The notes under the pieces were generated by a model. It worked only from the letters and a program-made list of their open reading frames with translations, searched no databases and had not been told where the DNA came from. 32,000 nucleotides of DNA from Akkermansia muciniphila ATCC BAA-835 (GTDB taxonomy: Bacteria > Verrucomicrobiota > Verrucomicrobiia > Verrucomicrobiales > Akkermansiaceae): positions 1,170,001 through 1,202,000 of the forward strand of contig NC_010655.1 in assembly GCF_000020225.1 (NCBI RefSeq). Reading direction: 5' to 3'. A program made the translations under genes and the position numbers. Positions 18,139-26,464 of the stretch are shown piece by piece. The first letter of the stretch is position 1. Every line of letters starts with the position of its first letter.

Positions 18139-18200
18139 CCTGTTCTTTTAAGGCAGGATGAAATCCACGGCAAGGAAAAAGGGGAAACTGAAAAAGAGCC

Positions 18201-19811
18201 TTATTCCGCCGTGATGCCGCCTTTTTCATCGTCCAGAATGCCTGACTTTTCCAGATAGTAGTCATATCCGCCTGCGTAGGCGGTGATGGTCCCCCGGTTC
18301 ACATGCAGGGTTTTTTGTGCCAGGGAACGGATGAAGTGCACATCGTGGGAGATGAAGACCAGTGTTCCTTCATAATGCTTCAGAGCCTGCACCAGGGCTT
18401 CTACGGACAAAAGGTCCAGGTGGGTGGTCGGCTCGTCCATCAGCAGGAGGTTGGGCGGATCCACCAGGAATTTGACCAGGCTGAGCCGCGATTTTTCCCC
18501 GCCGGAAAGAACGCTGACGCGTTTTTCCACATCCAGCCTCCGGAACAGGAAGGAACCCAGGATGGAACGCGCTTCTTCCTCCCGGATTTCAGCGCTGCAT
18601 TTCATGATTTCCTCCAGCACGGTATTTTCCGGGTTCAGGTTTTCCGTTCGCGCCTGGGAGAAGTAGCCGATGCGCGTCGTGGTACCGGGAGTGCGTTGTC
18701 CGGAGTCAATGGGGATGATGCCCGCCAGGATTTTGAGAAGAGTGGATTTGCCCGCGCCGTTCGGGCCTACAAGAACAGTGCGCTCCCCGCGTTCCACCAG
18801 CAGGTCCAAATTTTCATAAACCCTGCGGTCGCCATAGGATTGGCAGACTTTTTCCAGCTCAATGACTTTCTGGGTGCTGCGCGGAGGCTGGGGGAAGTTG
18901 AATTTAAATACTTTCCTGCAGGCTACCGGTTTTTGAATGATTTTCATCTTTTCCAGCTGCTTGATGCGGCTCTGGACTTGCCCGGCTTTGGAATTGATGG
19001 AGCGGAAACGGTCAATAAATTCCTGAATGTGCGCTATTTCCTTCTGCTGGTTGCGGTAGGCCGCCTGAAGCTGCTCGAAGCGCACGTCCTTTTGTTGGAG
19101 GAAGTCCGAGTAATTGCCGCGGTATTCCACCAGTTCTTCGTTGTCGATGTCGTACACGCTTTCCACCAGCTCATCCATGAAATCCCGGTCGTGGGAAATC
19201 ATCAGGATGGCTCCGGGGTAGTTTTTCAGGTATCGCTGGAGCCACAGCAGGGACAGGAGGTCCAGGTGGTTAGTAGGTTCGTCCAGCATCAGGAGGTCCG
19301 GCTCCAGGACAAGGAGCTTGGCCAGGTACGCGCGCATAATCCAGCCGCCGGACATTTCCCGGGCGGGGCGGTGGAAGTCGCTTTCCCGAAAGGCCAGCCC
19401 TTTGAGAATTTTCTTGGCTTTGGGCTCCAGCTGGTAACCGTTGGCGGCGTTGAAGGTGTCAATGGCTTCCGCGTATTCCGGCGTATCCGTTTTGTTGGCG
19501 TTTTCCGCCGTCCGGATGGTGTGGATGGCCTGTTCCATTTCCGGCGTGATGCCCAGGGCGATTTCCAGGACGGTTTCATCCTTCGGTTCGCTGGCTTCCT
19601 GGGGAAGATAGCCCACGATGGCGTATTCATCCATGCTGATGGAGCCTTCGTCCGGCGTGTCTTCTCCCAGAATCATGCGGAACAGGGTGGATTTGCCTGC
19701 TCCGTTGGGGCCAACCAGAGCCACCCGTTCCCCCCAGTTAATGGTCATTTCCGTTTCCCTGAACAAGGTCCGTCCGGCGTGGGATTTTGTGAGATTTTTG
19801 ATCGTCAGCAT
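18201..19811 (-). CDS. ABC-F family ATPase (two fused ABC domains, no membrane domain)
   Basis: Two Walker A motifs (GPNGAGKST twice), two signature motifs (MSGGW, LSGGEKSR), two Walker B motifs (LLMLDEPTNHLD, LLLMDEPTTHLD), and a charged inter-domain linker. ATG 19811 (MLTIKNLTKS) is preferred to the track start at 19856. Confidence 0.9.
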   Translation of the reverse strand: MLTIKNLTKSHAGRTLFRETEMTINWGERVALVGPNGAGKSTLFRMILGEDTPDEGSISMDEYAIVGYLPQEASEPKDETVLEIALGITPEMEQAIHTIRTAENANKTDTPEYAEAIDTFNAANGYQLEPKAKKILKGLAFRESDFHRPAREMSGGWIMRAYLAKLLVLEPDLLMLDEPTNHLDLLSLLWLQRYLKNYPGAILMISHDRDFMDELVESVYDIDNEELVEYRGNYSDFLQQKDVRFEQLQAAYRNQQKEIAHIQEFIDRFRSINSKAGQVQSRIKQLEKMKIIQKPVACRKVFKFNFPQPPRSTQKVIELEKVCQSYGDRRVYENLDLLVERGERTVLVGPNGAGKSTLLKILAGIIPIDSGQRTPGTTTRIGYFSQARTENLNPENTVLEEIMKCSAEIREEEARSILGSFLFRRLDVEKRVSVLSGGEKSRLSLVKFLVDPPNLLLMDEPTTHLDLLSVEALVQALKHYEGTLVFISHDVHFIRSLAQKTLHVNRGTITAYAGGYDYYLEKSGILDDEKGGITAE

Positions 19812-19933
19812 GGTGAAGAGAGGATGTATTCTACCGGGATGGAAAGGGGAAGGCAAGAGCCGTCAGGGCGGAGGCAGGCATTTTTGAAAGCTTTACTGGA
19901 TTTTTACGCGTAGTCTGCTAGCCTTGGCGCGCC

Positions 19934-20641
19934 ATGCCGACCACGCAGACATTCAGGCTTTTGCTTGCTGCCGCCCTTTTGTGCGGATGGAGTTCCTGCT
20001 GTACTCCTCCGGCGGAGGATTATATACAAAAACCTTACGTGCAGCAGCAAATGTCCGGGCTGGCTAATGCCTTCCTGGCGCTGCTGCCGCCGGATCAGGC
20101 CGCTCTTCCCGCTGCCGGAGCGGAGGCCAGGTGGCTGGCGGACACGGCCGTGGTCCAGTCCGCCGCGATTGCCCGGGACAACAGGACTGTGCTGTTTGGC
20201 TGGCTGAACAATATTCTGGTCAATTCCAACCTGCGCGACAGGGGGCTGTGCTGGCAGGTCCAGCAGGATTTGTACCGGGACCTGCGCCGCCGCCCCGTGA
20301 AGTATTTCCGCATAGGGCTGACGATTCGAGACCGTGGAACGGGCAGGGAGCACAGTTGCGTGTATGTCAATGCCGCGGGGAAGGGATTGCAGGGCTCCAT
20401 TGTTCTGGATGCCTGGAAGAACTGCGGGCATCTGGTGACGCTGACCCAGAAGGACCGGGAAGGCGGCAAATGGGAGGAGGACTGGCGGGAACCATTTGTT
20501 TCCAAGGCCTTTCCGGAGGGCCATTCCTACGGCATGGAACATCACCTGGTCTGGCCCGGGTGGGCCAGGAAACGCCCCATGCTGGTTCAGCGGATATTCC
20601 AGTCCGATCAGCAGAATGAGGCGAAGGCGGCCGCTGAATAA
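19934..20641 (+). CDS. Hypothetical exported protein / possible lipoprotein
   Basis: N-terminal MPTTQTFRLLLAAALLCGWSSCC signal-like region. It is followed by a terminator. It was chosen over the antisense ORF 19904-20674, which has no such features. Confidence 0.6.
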   Translation: MPTTQTFRLLLAAALLCGWSSCCTPPAEDYIQKPYVQQQMSGLANAFLALLPPDQAALPAAGAEARWLADTAVVQSAAIARDNRTVLFGWLNNILVNSNLRDRGLCWQVQQDLYRDLRRRPVKYFRIGLTIRDRGTGREHSCVYVNAAGKGLQGSIVLDAWKNCGHLVTLTQKDREGGKWEEDWREPFVSKAFPEGHSYGMEHHLVWPGWARKRPMLVQRIFQSDQQNEAKAAAE

Positions 20642-20686
20642 AGGGGAAGCCTGATCCGGCAGGAATCGGCACACGGTGCTGCACCG

Positions 20687-20713
20687 CGGCGGTTTGCGGT
20701 ATCCGCCGTTTTT
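20687..20713 (+). terminator. Rho-independent terminator
   Basis: CGGCGG tttgcggtat CCGCCG followed by TTTTT, about 45 nt after the stop at 20641. Confidence 0.65.
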
Positions 20714-20765
20714 AAGGAAAATCCCGGCGAATCGGCAAATGGCGGAGGGAATCCGGACTCAGGGC

Positions 20766-20800
20766 AAATAAAAACGCACTCAGTGCGTACACCGAGTGCG
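20766..20800 (-). terminator. Rho-independent terminator after the small lipoprotein gene
   Basis: On the minus strand: CGCACTC ggtgtacgcact GAGTGCG followed by TTTTTATTT. Confidence 0.55.
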
Positions 20801-20850
20801 GATTAATTGGATAATTTGCTAGTGTTGCAGGGCAAAACCCCGCTGCAAAC

Positions 20851-20979
20851 TTACTTGCCCTTGGCCTGCACAACCGGAGCGGGAGCAGGAGCGGTGGTTT
20901 GCTGTTGCTGCTGCTGCTGGGAGCAAGAAGCGACCAGGCAAGCGGCGCCGGCGATGGCGAGGATAGCGATGTTCTTCAT
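20851..20979 (-). CDS. 42-aa lipoprotein with poly-Gln tract (below the ORF-track size cutoff)
   Basis: Hand translation: MKNIAILAIAGAACLVASCSQQQQQQQTTAPAPAPVVQAKGK. Signal peptide plus lipobox LVAS-C. Stop TAA at 20851-20853. Hairpins lie on both sides. The track ORF 20807-21007(+) is its antisense. Confidence 0.6.
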   Translation of the reverse strand: MKNIAILAIAGAACLVASCSQQQQQQQTTAPAPAPVVQAKGK

Positions 20980-21108
20980 AATTCGAATTAAATACAGTGT
21001 TTGTTAACTACTGGAACCTCCGCATCCACGGAGGTTTGCTGGCACCAATGTAAATGGTGGCAAGTAGAAATCAAGAGATTTTCTTGTTCCATGTCACGGC
21101 ATTACAGA

Positions 21109-21146
21109 AAAGAGCAGGACCCCCGGTTTCTGAAGTCCTGCTCTTT
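21109..21146 (-). terminator. Rho-independent terminator after hpf (bidirectional shape)
   Basis: AAAGAGCAGGAC ccccggtttctgaa GTCCTGCTCTTT, with T runs on either strand, about 45 nt after the hpf stop. Confidence 0.75.
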
Positions 21147-21192
21147 TTGATGCGTTATGGAAAACGGATTGTTTCAAAACCGTTTTTTGCGC

Positions 21193-21786
21193 TTACAGGC
21201 TGCTCCCAAGCTCAATGATGGAGTAGTCCCCGTCCGGCCTCCGATACACGATCTGGAGCACGTCTCGCCGCGCATTCCTGTAGAGTACGAATGGCTTATC
21301 GGAAAGTTCCAGTTCCATGATGGCTTCTTCCTTGTAAAGCTTTTTGAGATTGTAGCTTTCTCTGTGAATGAGCAGGGGTTCCGGGTCTTCCGGGGAATCT
21401 CCTGGGTAATCCAGCACGGAATCGTCATATACCGTTTCATCCAGCTTGCGGATGGTTTCCTGGTGATGGGGACGGAAATTCTTCATCAGGCGCGTTTTGT
21501 GCTTGCGCATGCGGCGCATGATTTTGGTGATCGTCTCATCAATGCAGGCGTACATGTCCGTCCCTTCCGTGGACGCGTCAATGGTGATATGATCCGAGCA
21601 GAACAGGATTACCTGGGAAATCTTGCGGTCGCGTTGCACATCAAGCAGTACTTTAACCTCCATAATGCGCGGGAAATCCAGGCGGATCCCCTCAATTTTT
21701 TTCGTTACGAATTCCCGAATCGCGTCTGTGACTTCCACGTGGCGCCCCGTGATCGTAATGGGTGTGTTTACGTTTACCTTTTGCAT
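21193..21786 (-). CDS. hpf: Ribosome hibernation promoting factor, long form
   Basis: 197 aa. N-terminal RaiA/S30AE-like region (ITITGRHVEVTDAIREFVTKKIEGIRLDF...MYACIDETITKIMRRMRKHK), a linker, and a C-terminal dimerisation domain (KLYKEEAIMELELSDKPFVLYRNARRDVLQIVYRRPDGDYSIIE). Confidence 0.9.
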   Translation of the reverse strand: MQKVNVNTPITITGRHVEVTDAIREFVTKKIEGIRLDFPRIMEVKVLLDVQRDRKISQVILFCSDHITIDASTEGTDMYACIDETITKIMRRMRKHKTRLMKNFRPHHQETIRKLDETVYDDSVLDYPGDSPEDPEPLLIHRESYNLKKLYKEEAIMELELSDKPFVLYRNARRDVLQIVYRRPDGDYSIIELGSSL

Positions 21787-22073
21787 TGTCGTACCTCTTT
21801 CTAGTTGATGTTAATGCGCGGACCCCGTCCGCACCTTTCAAGATATACAGATTTGACAATGCTTGTCGAGGAATCCTTTCTTTTTTTCGCGTGCGGGGAA
21901 AGGCGCTTTTCCTTTTCCGTTTCCATATGCCGGACCTGGGCGGCTCTCCTACCTGTTGTGAGCCAATCAATCGGGGAGCGGCCGTTTCCGTTTATCGCTT
22001 TCCGTCGTCTTCGGAATACGTTTGAACGTCTTTGTCATACAATTGCGGGTATAAAAAAATTATTTGAAAGTAC

Positions 22074-22101
22074 TTGACATGCTGCGGAAATGCCTTATAA
22101 C
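22074..22101 (+). promoter_or_regulatory. Sigma70-like promoter for the tRNA gene
   Basis: TTGACA (22074-22079), a 16-nt spacer, then TATAAC (22096-22101), about 34 nt upstream of the tRNA 5' end and preceded by an A/T-rich UP-like stretch. Confidence 0.5.
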
Positions 22102-22134
22102 AGTTGCGCACTCCTCTACAGATGCTCTCTAAAT

Positions 22135-22211
<77 letters not shown>

Positions 22212-22215
22212 TTTG

Positions 22216-22250
22216 AAAACCCTGCAAGTTCATTGCTTGCAGGGTTTTTT
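22216..22250 (+). terminator. Rho-independent terminator of the tRNA gene
   Basis: AAAACCCTGCAAG ttcatt GCTTGCAGGGTTTTTT: a perfect 11-bp core stem plus a T6 run, starting 5 nt after the CCA end. Confidence 0.9.
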
Positions 22251-22258
22251 CGTTACGG

Positions 22259-22710
22259 ATGGAAAAGCATCCGGCGAGTATTGGGAGTCTGTTGTTTCTG
22301 GGAGTTTTTGTATTCGGGGAACTGGCGCCCAAGAGGGTTGGAATGTGTGCTCCGGAAGTAATTTCCAAACTGGCGGCTGTGCCGATGAAAGCCTTTTCTT
22401 GTGCCGCAGCTCCCTTTGTATGGGTGCTTTCCAAAAGCACAGTTTTCGCATGCAATTTGCTGGGAGTCAGGAATACGACTGACAGAGTGACGGAAGAGGA
22501 AATCCGCCTAATGATTCAGGAAAATGCCCGGGATGGGGATGTGCAGGATGTGGAACGTATATTTAATTTCGGTGACCGGAATTTGGAGTCCATCATAACT
22601 TCGCGGGGGGGGATATTGCATGGCTGGATGCCAAGATGACGGAACAGCCGTGCGGTCAGGGTCAGAGGTCCGTTATCCGTTTTGGTCCTTATTATAAATG
22701 GGTAACATGA
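22259..22710 (+). pseudogene. Internal fragment of a CNNM/TlyC/CorC-family (DUF21 + CBS) gene, truncated at both ends and frameshifted
   Basis: SLLFLGVFVFGELAPKRVGMCAPEVISKLAAVPMKAFSCAAAPFVWVLSKSTVFACNLLGV...VTEEEIRLMIQENARDGDVQDVERIFNFGDRNLESIITSRG matches the last DUF21 helices and the linker of hemolysin-type CNNM proteins. The expected continuation DIAWLDAKM is in another frame after the G8 run at 22605-22612. There are no upstream TM helices and no CBS/CorC_HlyC domains. Confidence 0.6.
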
Positions 22711-22800
22711 GAAACGTCGCCATCAATGTGGCTGGTCGTTTTTTTCATGTTGTTTTGTTGGGATGATCTACGGTGTTTCCCTTTTGATGCTGCGTTGATT

Positions 22801-23706
22801 TCAGTAAGCTTCATTTTGTGCTTTGCCTGCCGTTTTCGATTGTCTGAGAGGTTTTCTCTTTTGAATCTGCGGTTTCAACGGACCGTAGAAATAGGAGGCG
22901 GTGGCTCCCCCGTCAATCAGGAAGTCCGCGCCGGTGATGAAAGCCCCCTTGCCGCCCATCAGCAATTCCGCTACATGGGCTATTTCATCCGCCGTACCGG
23001 GTCTTCCTGCAGGGCACTTCGCAAACATGTTTCTGTAAAAATCACCTCTGGGACCGTTGAATTCATCGATTGCCAGAGGGGTGACTATAATGCCCGGGGA
23101 AATGGAGTTGATGCGTGCGCCTTTGGCACCCCATTTGACGGCTTCCGCCATGACACGCTTGACGTTGCAGCGTTTCGCCATCTGGTAGGCATGCAGAGTG
23201 TCCTTGATATTTCCGGGTTGGAGGAGTTCGAGGTTCAGCAATTCCTCTGTTGGAGTCATGGCCAGTTGTTCGTCCTGTTCGGCAGTCAGAGCGGGCATGC
23301 GGTGATCGGATTGGCTGGAGATAGTTACTCCCGAGCCGCCGGGGCAAATAACTTTCCCCACCTCTTCCAGCAATACGGCGGTTCCGTAGAGATCCACTTT
23401 AAGAATGGTTTCAACGGATGCCTGGCTGGGGGAAACCCCCGCTGCATTGACGAGCATGGAAATATTGCCGTACCTCTGTGCTTCTGCAATCAAATGCAGG
23501 ATGGAGTACCGGGAAGAGAGATCCATCTCTAAGGGGATGGTGTCAAATCCGGCCTGATTCATCGTCCGGGCAATGGCATGCGCGTTCCCGATATTTTTGT
23601 CGCCAATGACGATTTTCATGCCGCTTCCTATTCTGCGGGCAATGGCCATGCCGATTTGCCCGGCTCCCGTCAATATCATGACTTTTTTGGATAGACGTTG
23701 TTCCAT
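22801..23706 (-). CDS. SDR-family oxidoreductase
   Basis: 301 aa. Rossmann motif VMILTGAGQIGMAIA, NAAG, and catalytic YQMAK. The C-terminal ITGADFLIDGG is typical of SDRs. Confidence 0.85.
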   Translation of the reverse strand: MEQRLSKKVMILTGAGQIGMAIARRIGSGMKIVIGDKNIGNAHAIARTMNQAGFDTIPLEMDLSSRYSILHLIAEAQRYGNISMLVNAAGVSPSQASVETILKVDLYGTAVLLEEVGKVICPGGSGVTISSQSDHRMPALTAEQDEQLAMTPTEELLNLELLQPGNIKDTLHAYQMAKRCNVKRVMAEAVKWGAKGARINSISPGIIVTPLAIDEFNGPRGDFYRNMFAKCPAGRPGTADEIAHVAELLMGGKGAFITGADFLIDGGATASYFYGPLKPQIQKRKPLRQSKTAGKAQNEAY

Positions 23707-23887
23707 GGGCTATGAAATTAGTTGAAATGACCGGTTTTTATTCCTAGCCATATGTTATGTTTCTCTAGCTGGACGGTATGGCCCTCCCGCAAAAAGGGCA
23801 ATGCAAAAACGGCCATAGGTGATGGTATTGCAAAATGGGTCATATGGATTGAAAAACTGAGGGGGGATGAAAGAACCCAGGCAAAAG

Positions 23888-25174
23888 TCATGGCAGCATG
23901 CCGATTCTTTTCAGCCATGTTTTGACGCCTGCGGCATTGCCCGGCATGTCAATTCCCTCATCATCGGCACGTCCGGGAGTTGTAATATCTCCTGGGTCAA
24001 GGTCTTCTGGAAGAGTTGACGGAATGTGCCGGGAATGGGGCGTAAGCCTGTAAATTTGTTGCATGGATTCGTTTAAATAAGTAGTCGCGTCATAAGTAAA
24101 GAAGGGAATGAGCGTTTTCCCTTTCAGGTCAAATGCCTCTAAAAAGGTGCAAATCACCATGGCAGGCTGATGCCACCAGATTGGAGAGCCGACGAAGATA
24201 GTATCATATTTCGCCATCAGGGAGGCTTCAGGCAAGTTAGCGACCTTTGGGCGCAGGTTTTCATAAGCTTCTTTTTTGACACGGTCGCTGTCGCGGTAAG
24301 GGTCGGCATTGTAGGCCTCGGCGGCTTCAATCCGGTAGAGATCCGCTCCGGTCAGTTTCGCAATTTGTTCCGCCACCGCTTTGGTATTGCCCGTTGCGGA
24401 GAAATAAACAACCAGCGGTTTTCCCGCATCTTGTCCGGTTCTGCGGACAACAGGCAGCCCTTTTGCCTGCAACAGCGTGTTCAGCTCTTTCCGGACTGCG
24501 TCTGCTTCCCCGGGGCCGATGTTCCTGGACACGATGTCAAGCAGCTGGTGCAGCTGTGCGGGTGTTATGCCCAGATTCAGGCAGATGCCCATGTGAGAGC
24601 GGGCCATTGGTTCCACACCGCCTATGGCCGCGAGGATGGATACGGTAGCCAATTCGCGTTCATCATAGGTCAGAACGTCCCGTTCAAAAATATCTGCAAA
24701 AAGGTGTTCTTTCAGGAAACGTTCCATGACCGGGGCAAATTCGGCATAGGCAACTTTCGGCGCATTGACGGGAATGCCGGAGATTTCCGCAAGAATGGCG
24801 CACCCGCGATCGTAGCGGCTGCGCTTGTCCTTTGTGGGGCAGGCATCTTGTCCCGGGGCATCGGCTATGCCTCGGGACTTTCTTTTATCCAGCACGGAGA
24901 TGAATGCCTGCAACCCCCTCAGGCTTCGCGGAAACCCGCAATAGGCGTAGGAATGCACTAAAACTTCCCGGATTTCATTTATCGTCAATCCACTGTCCAA
25001 GGCGGCATTCAGGGCCGGCTGCAGCTGATGCAAATCCCCTCTGCCGGTATAGGCGGCAATGGTGATGATGTGTTTCTGCCTGGAGGTCAATTCCTGGCTG
25101 GAAAGGGCGGAATTTGCCGCCAGAGCCAGCACGCACGACATCAGGCAGAACAGGACAGACGATAAAAGTTTCAT
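23888..25174 (-). CDS. Carboxymuconolactone decarboxylase-family (two CMD repeats) fused to flavodoxin, with N-terminal signal peptide
   Basis: Signal peptide MKLLSSVLFCLMSCVLALAA. CMD-like segments are GLTINEIREVLVHSYAYCGFPRS and RELATVSILAAIGGVEPMARSHMGICLNLGIT. The C-terminal KPLVVYFSATGNTKAVAEQIA...IFVGSPIWWHQPA is flavodoxin-like. Confidence 0.75.
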   Translation of the reverse strand: MKLLSSVLFCLMSCVLALAANSALSSQELTSRQKHIITIAAYTGRGDLHQLQPALNAALDSGLTINEIREVLVHSYAYCGFPRSLRGLQAFISVLDKRKSRGIADAPGQDACPTKDKRSRYDRGCAILAEISGIPVNAPKVAYAEFAPVMERFLKEHLFADIFERDVLTYDERELATVSILAAIGGVEPMARSHMGICLNLGITPAQLHQLLDIVSRNIGPGEADAVRKELNTLLQAKGLPVVRRTGQDAGKPLVVYFSATGNTKAVAEQIAKLTGADLYRIEAAEAYNADPYRDSDRVKKEAYENLRPKVANLPEASLMAKYDTIFVGSPIWWHQPAMVICTFLEAFDLKGKTLIPFFTYDATTYLNESMQQIYRLTPHSRHIPSTLPEDLDPGDITTPGRADDEGIDMPGNAAGVKTWLKRIGMLP

Positions 25175-25192
25175 GAACCTGGGAGAGCAGTT

Positions 25193-26326
25193 TTACAGGT
25201 TTTTCCCGAAGAATTCCGCCAGCTTTCCGACAGCCTGATCCACGTATTCCGGCACGTAGTAGGTCTTGATATGCGTGGCGCCCGGAATGAGGAACAATTC
25301 CTTGTTGAGGGTTCCCGTGGCGCGGCTGTAGCATTGTTCCGTCATGTAGAAGGTGTCGGCTCTGCTGCCCGCCATCATCAGCAGGGGCTGGTTAATCAGG
25401 TGCATACCTTCGCTCGCGTCAAAGGCAAAGAGGTCCATCAGGCTGCTTTTGGTATAGCGGAAGGTGGAATTGGGGTGGGCGTGGCTTTGCAGATAATAGT
25501 CGTAGCCGTCCCGGTAGAGGTCAAAGGGCAGTTGGGCCGCCTGTTCCGGCGTTACTCCTTTCATGTCTCCCACGTATTCCGGCTGACCGCCTTCCGCTTC
25601 GCGCTGGCGGGCGGCGCAGGCGTCGGCAAGGCGTTCCTGCACGCTGTTGATCTGCGAGTCGAGAAACCCGTTGCGCCGGACCAGGCCGGTGTTGAACATG
25701 CTGAGCGTGGCGACTGCCTTGAAACGCTTGTCCGTCTGTGCGGTTTTCAGGGTGTAGCCTCCTCCGCCGCAAATGCCCAGGATGCCCAGACGAGAGGCGT
25801 CCGCTCCGGGATATTGCAGCAGGATGTCCGCGGCGCGGCGGATGTCTTCCATGCGGTTGGCGGGTTTGTCCGTATTGCGGGGAGCCCCTCCGCTGGCCCC
25901 CTGGTAGGCCGCGTCAAATGCCAGGCAGATGTAGCCCTGTTCCGCCATGCGCTGGCTGTAAAGTCCGGCCACCTGCTCCTTCACGCCGCCGTTGGGATGC
26001 GCCACGACAAGGGCGGGGTATTTTTTCGAGGCATCATATCCGGCGGGCGTATAAACATGGGCGGCAATTTGCAGTCCGTTCAGCGTATAGGTGATTGGAT
26101 GGATGTTGACGCGGCCTTCCATGTTTTCCGTGACGGCTCCCCGGTAAACCAGCCCCCAGGGATTGGCGTTGTGGCTTTTAATGCTTTTTGCTTCCGTAAA
26201 TGGGGTTTGGCGGGCTGGGGCTGTTGAAACGACCGGAGAATCATTTGTGTTCATTTGCTGCGCATTTAACTGGTGGTTGAAGGAAATCAGGGAAAGGGCT
26301 ATTGAAATAATGGCGTTTGTTTTCAT
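25193..26326 (-). CDS. Alpha/beta hydrolase (dienelactone-hydrolase-like), secreted
   Basis: Signal peptide [22 protein letters not shown], then [15 protein letters not shown]. The nucleophile elbow reads [12 protein letters not shown] (Cys at the GxSxG position). It sits 18 nt upstream of the CMD-flavodoxin gene, which implies an operon. Confidence 0.8.
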   Translation of the reverse strand: MKTNAIISIALSLISFNHQLNAQQMNTNDSPVVSTAPARQTPFTEAKSIKSHNANPWGLVYRGAVTENMEGRVNIHPITYTLNGLQIAAHVYTPAGYDASKKYPALVVAHPNGGVKEQVAGLYSQRMAEQGYICLAFDAAYQGASGGAPRNTDKPANRMEDIRRAADILLQYPGADASRLGILGICGGGGYTLKTAQTDKRFKAVATLSMFNTGLVRRNGFLDSQINSVQERLADACAARQREAEGGQPEYVGDMKGVTPEQAAQLPFDLYRDGYDYYLQSHAHPNSTFRYTKSSLMDLFAFDASEGMHLINQPLLMMAGSRADTFYMTEQCYSRATGTLNKELFLIPGATHIKTYYVPEYVDQAVGKLAEFFGKNL

Positions 26327-26385
26327 GGCATGTACTTTGCTTCCTCAAACAGTTCCCATTCTATCATGAAAGGCTCTCTTCCCGT

Positions 26386-26423
26386 CGATAGACGGATTAC
26401 AGGTTTTGCTACCATGATTACAG
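26386..26423 (-). promoter_or_regulatory. 38-bp operator-like element, copy 1 (GATTACAG direct repeat at 21-bp spacing)
   Basis: cgatagacGGATTACAGgttttgctaccatGATTACAG is identical to 28710-28747. It lies 59 nt upstream of ATG 26326. Confidence 0.6.
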
Positions 26424-26464
26424 ATGGCGGACGCAGAAAGTAAATGTGCGGGGGAGTGTGCCTG

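Noticed and set aside
18135-18160. Hairpin CATCCTG...CAGGATG between the ABC-F stop and the next gene
   Set aside because: It has no T run on the minus strand and it overlaps the start codon of 17620-18138. It is not called a terminator.
18303-19913. 536-aa plus-strand ORF opposite the ABC-F gene
   Set aside because: The minus strand carries two complete Walker A / signature / Walker B sets. The plus frame is featureless.
19904-20674. 256-aa minus-strand ORF overlapping 19934-20641(+)
   Set aside because: It has no signal or motif. The plus-strand ORF has a signal/lipobox-like N-terminus and its own terminator. The choice is still only moderately confident.
20807-21007. 66-aa plus-strand ORF containing CCCCCC
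   Set aside because: It is antisense to the small lipoprotein ORF. The Cys run is merely the complement of the CAG/CAA Gln repeat.
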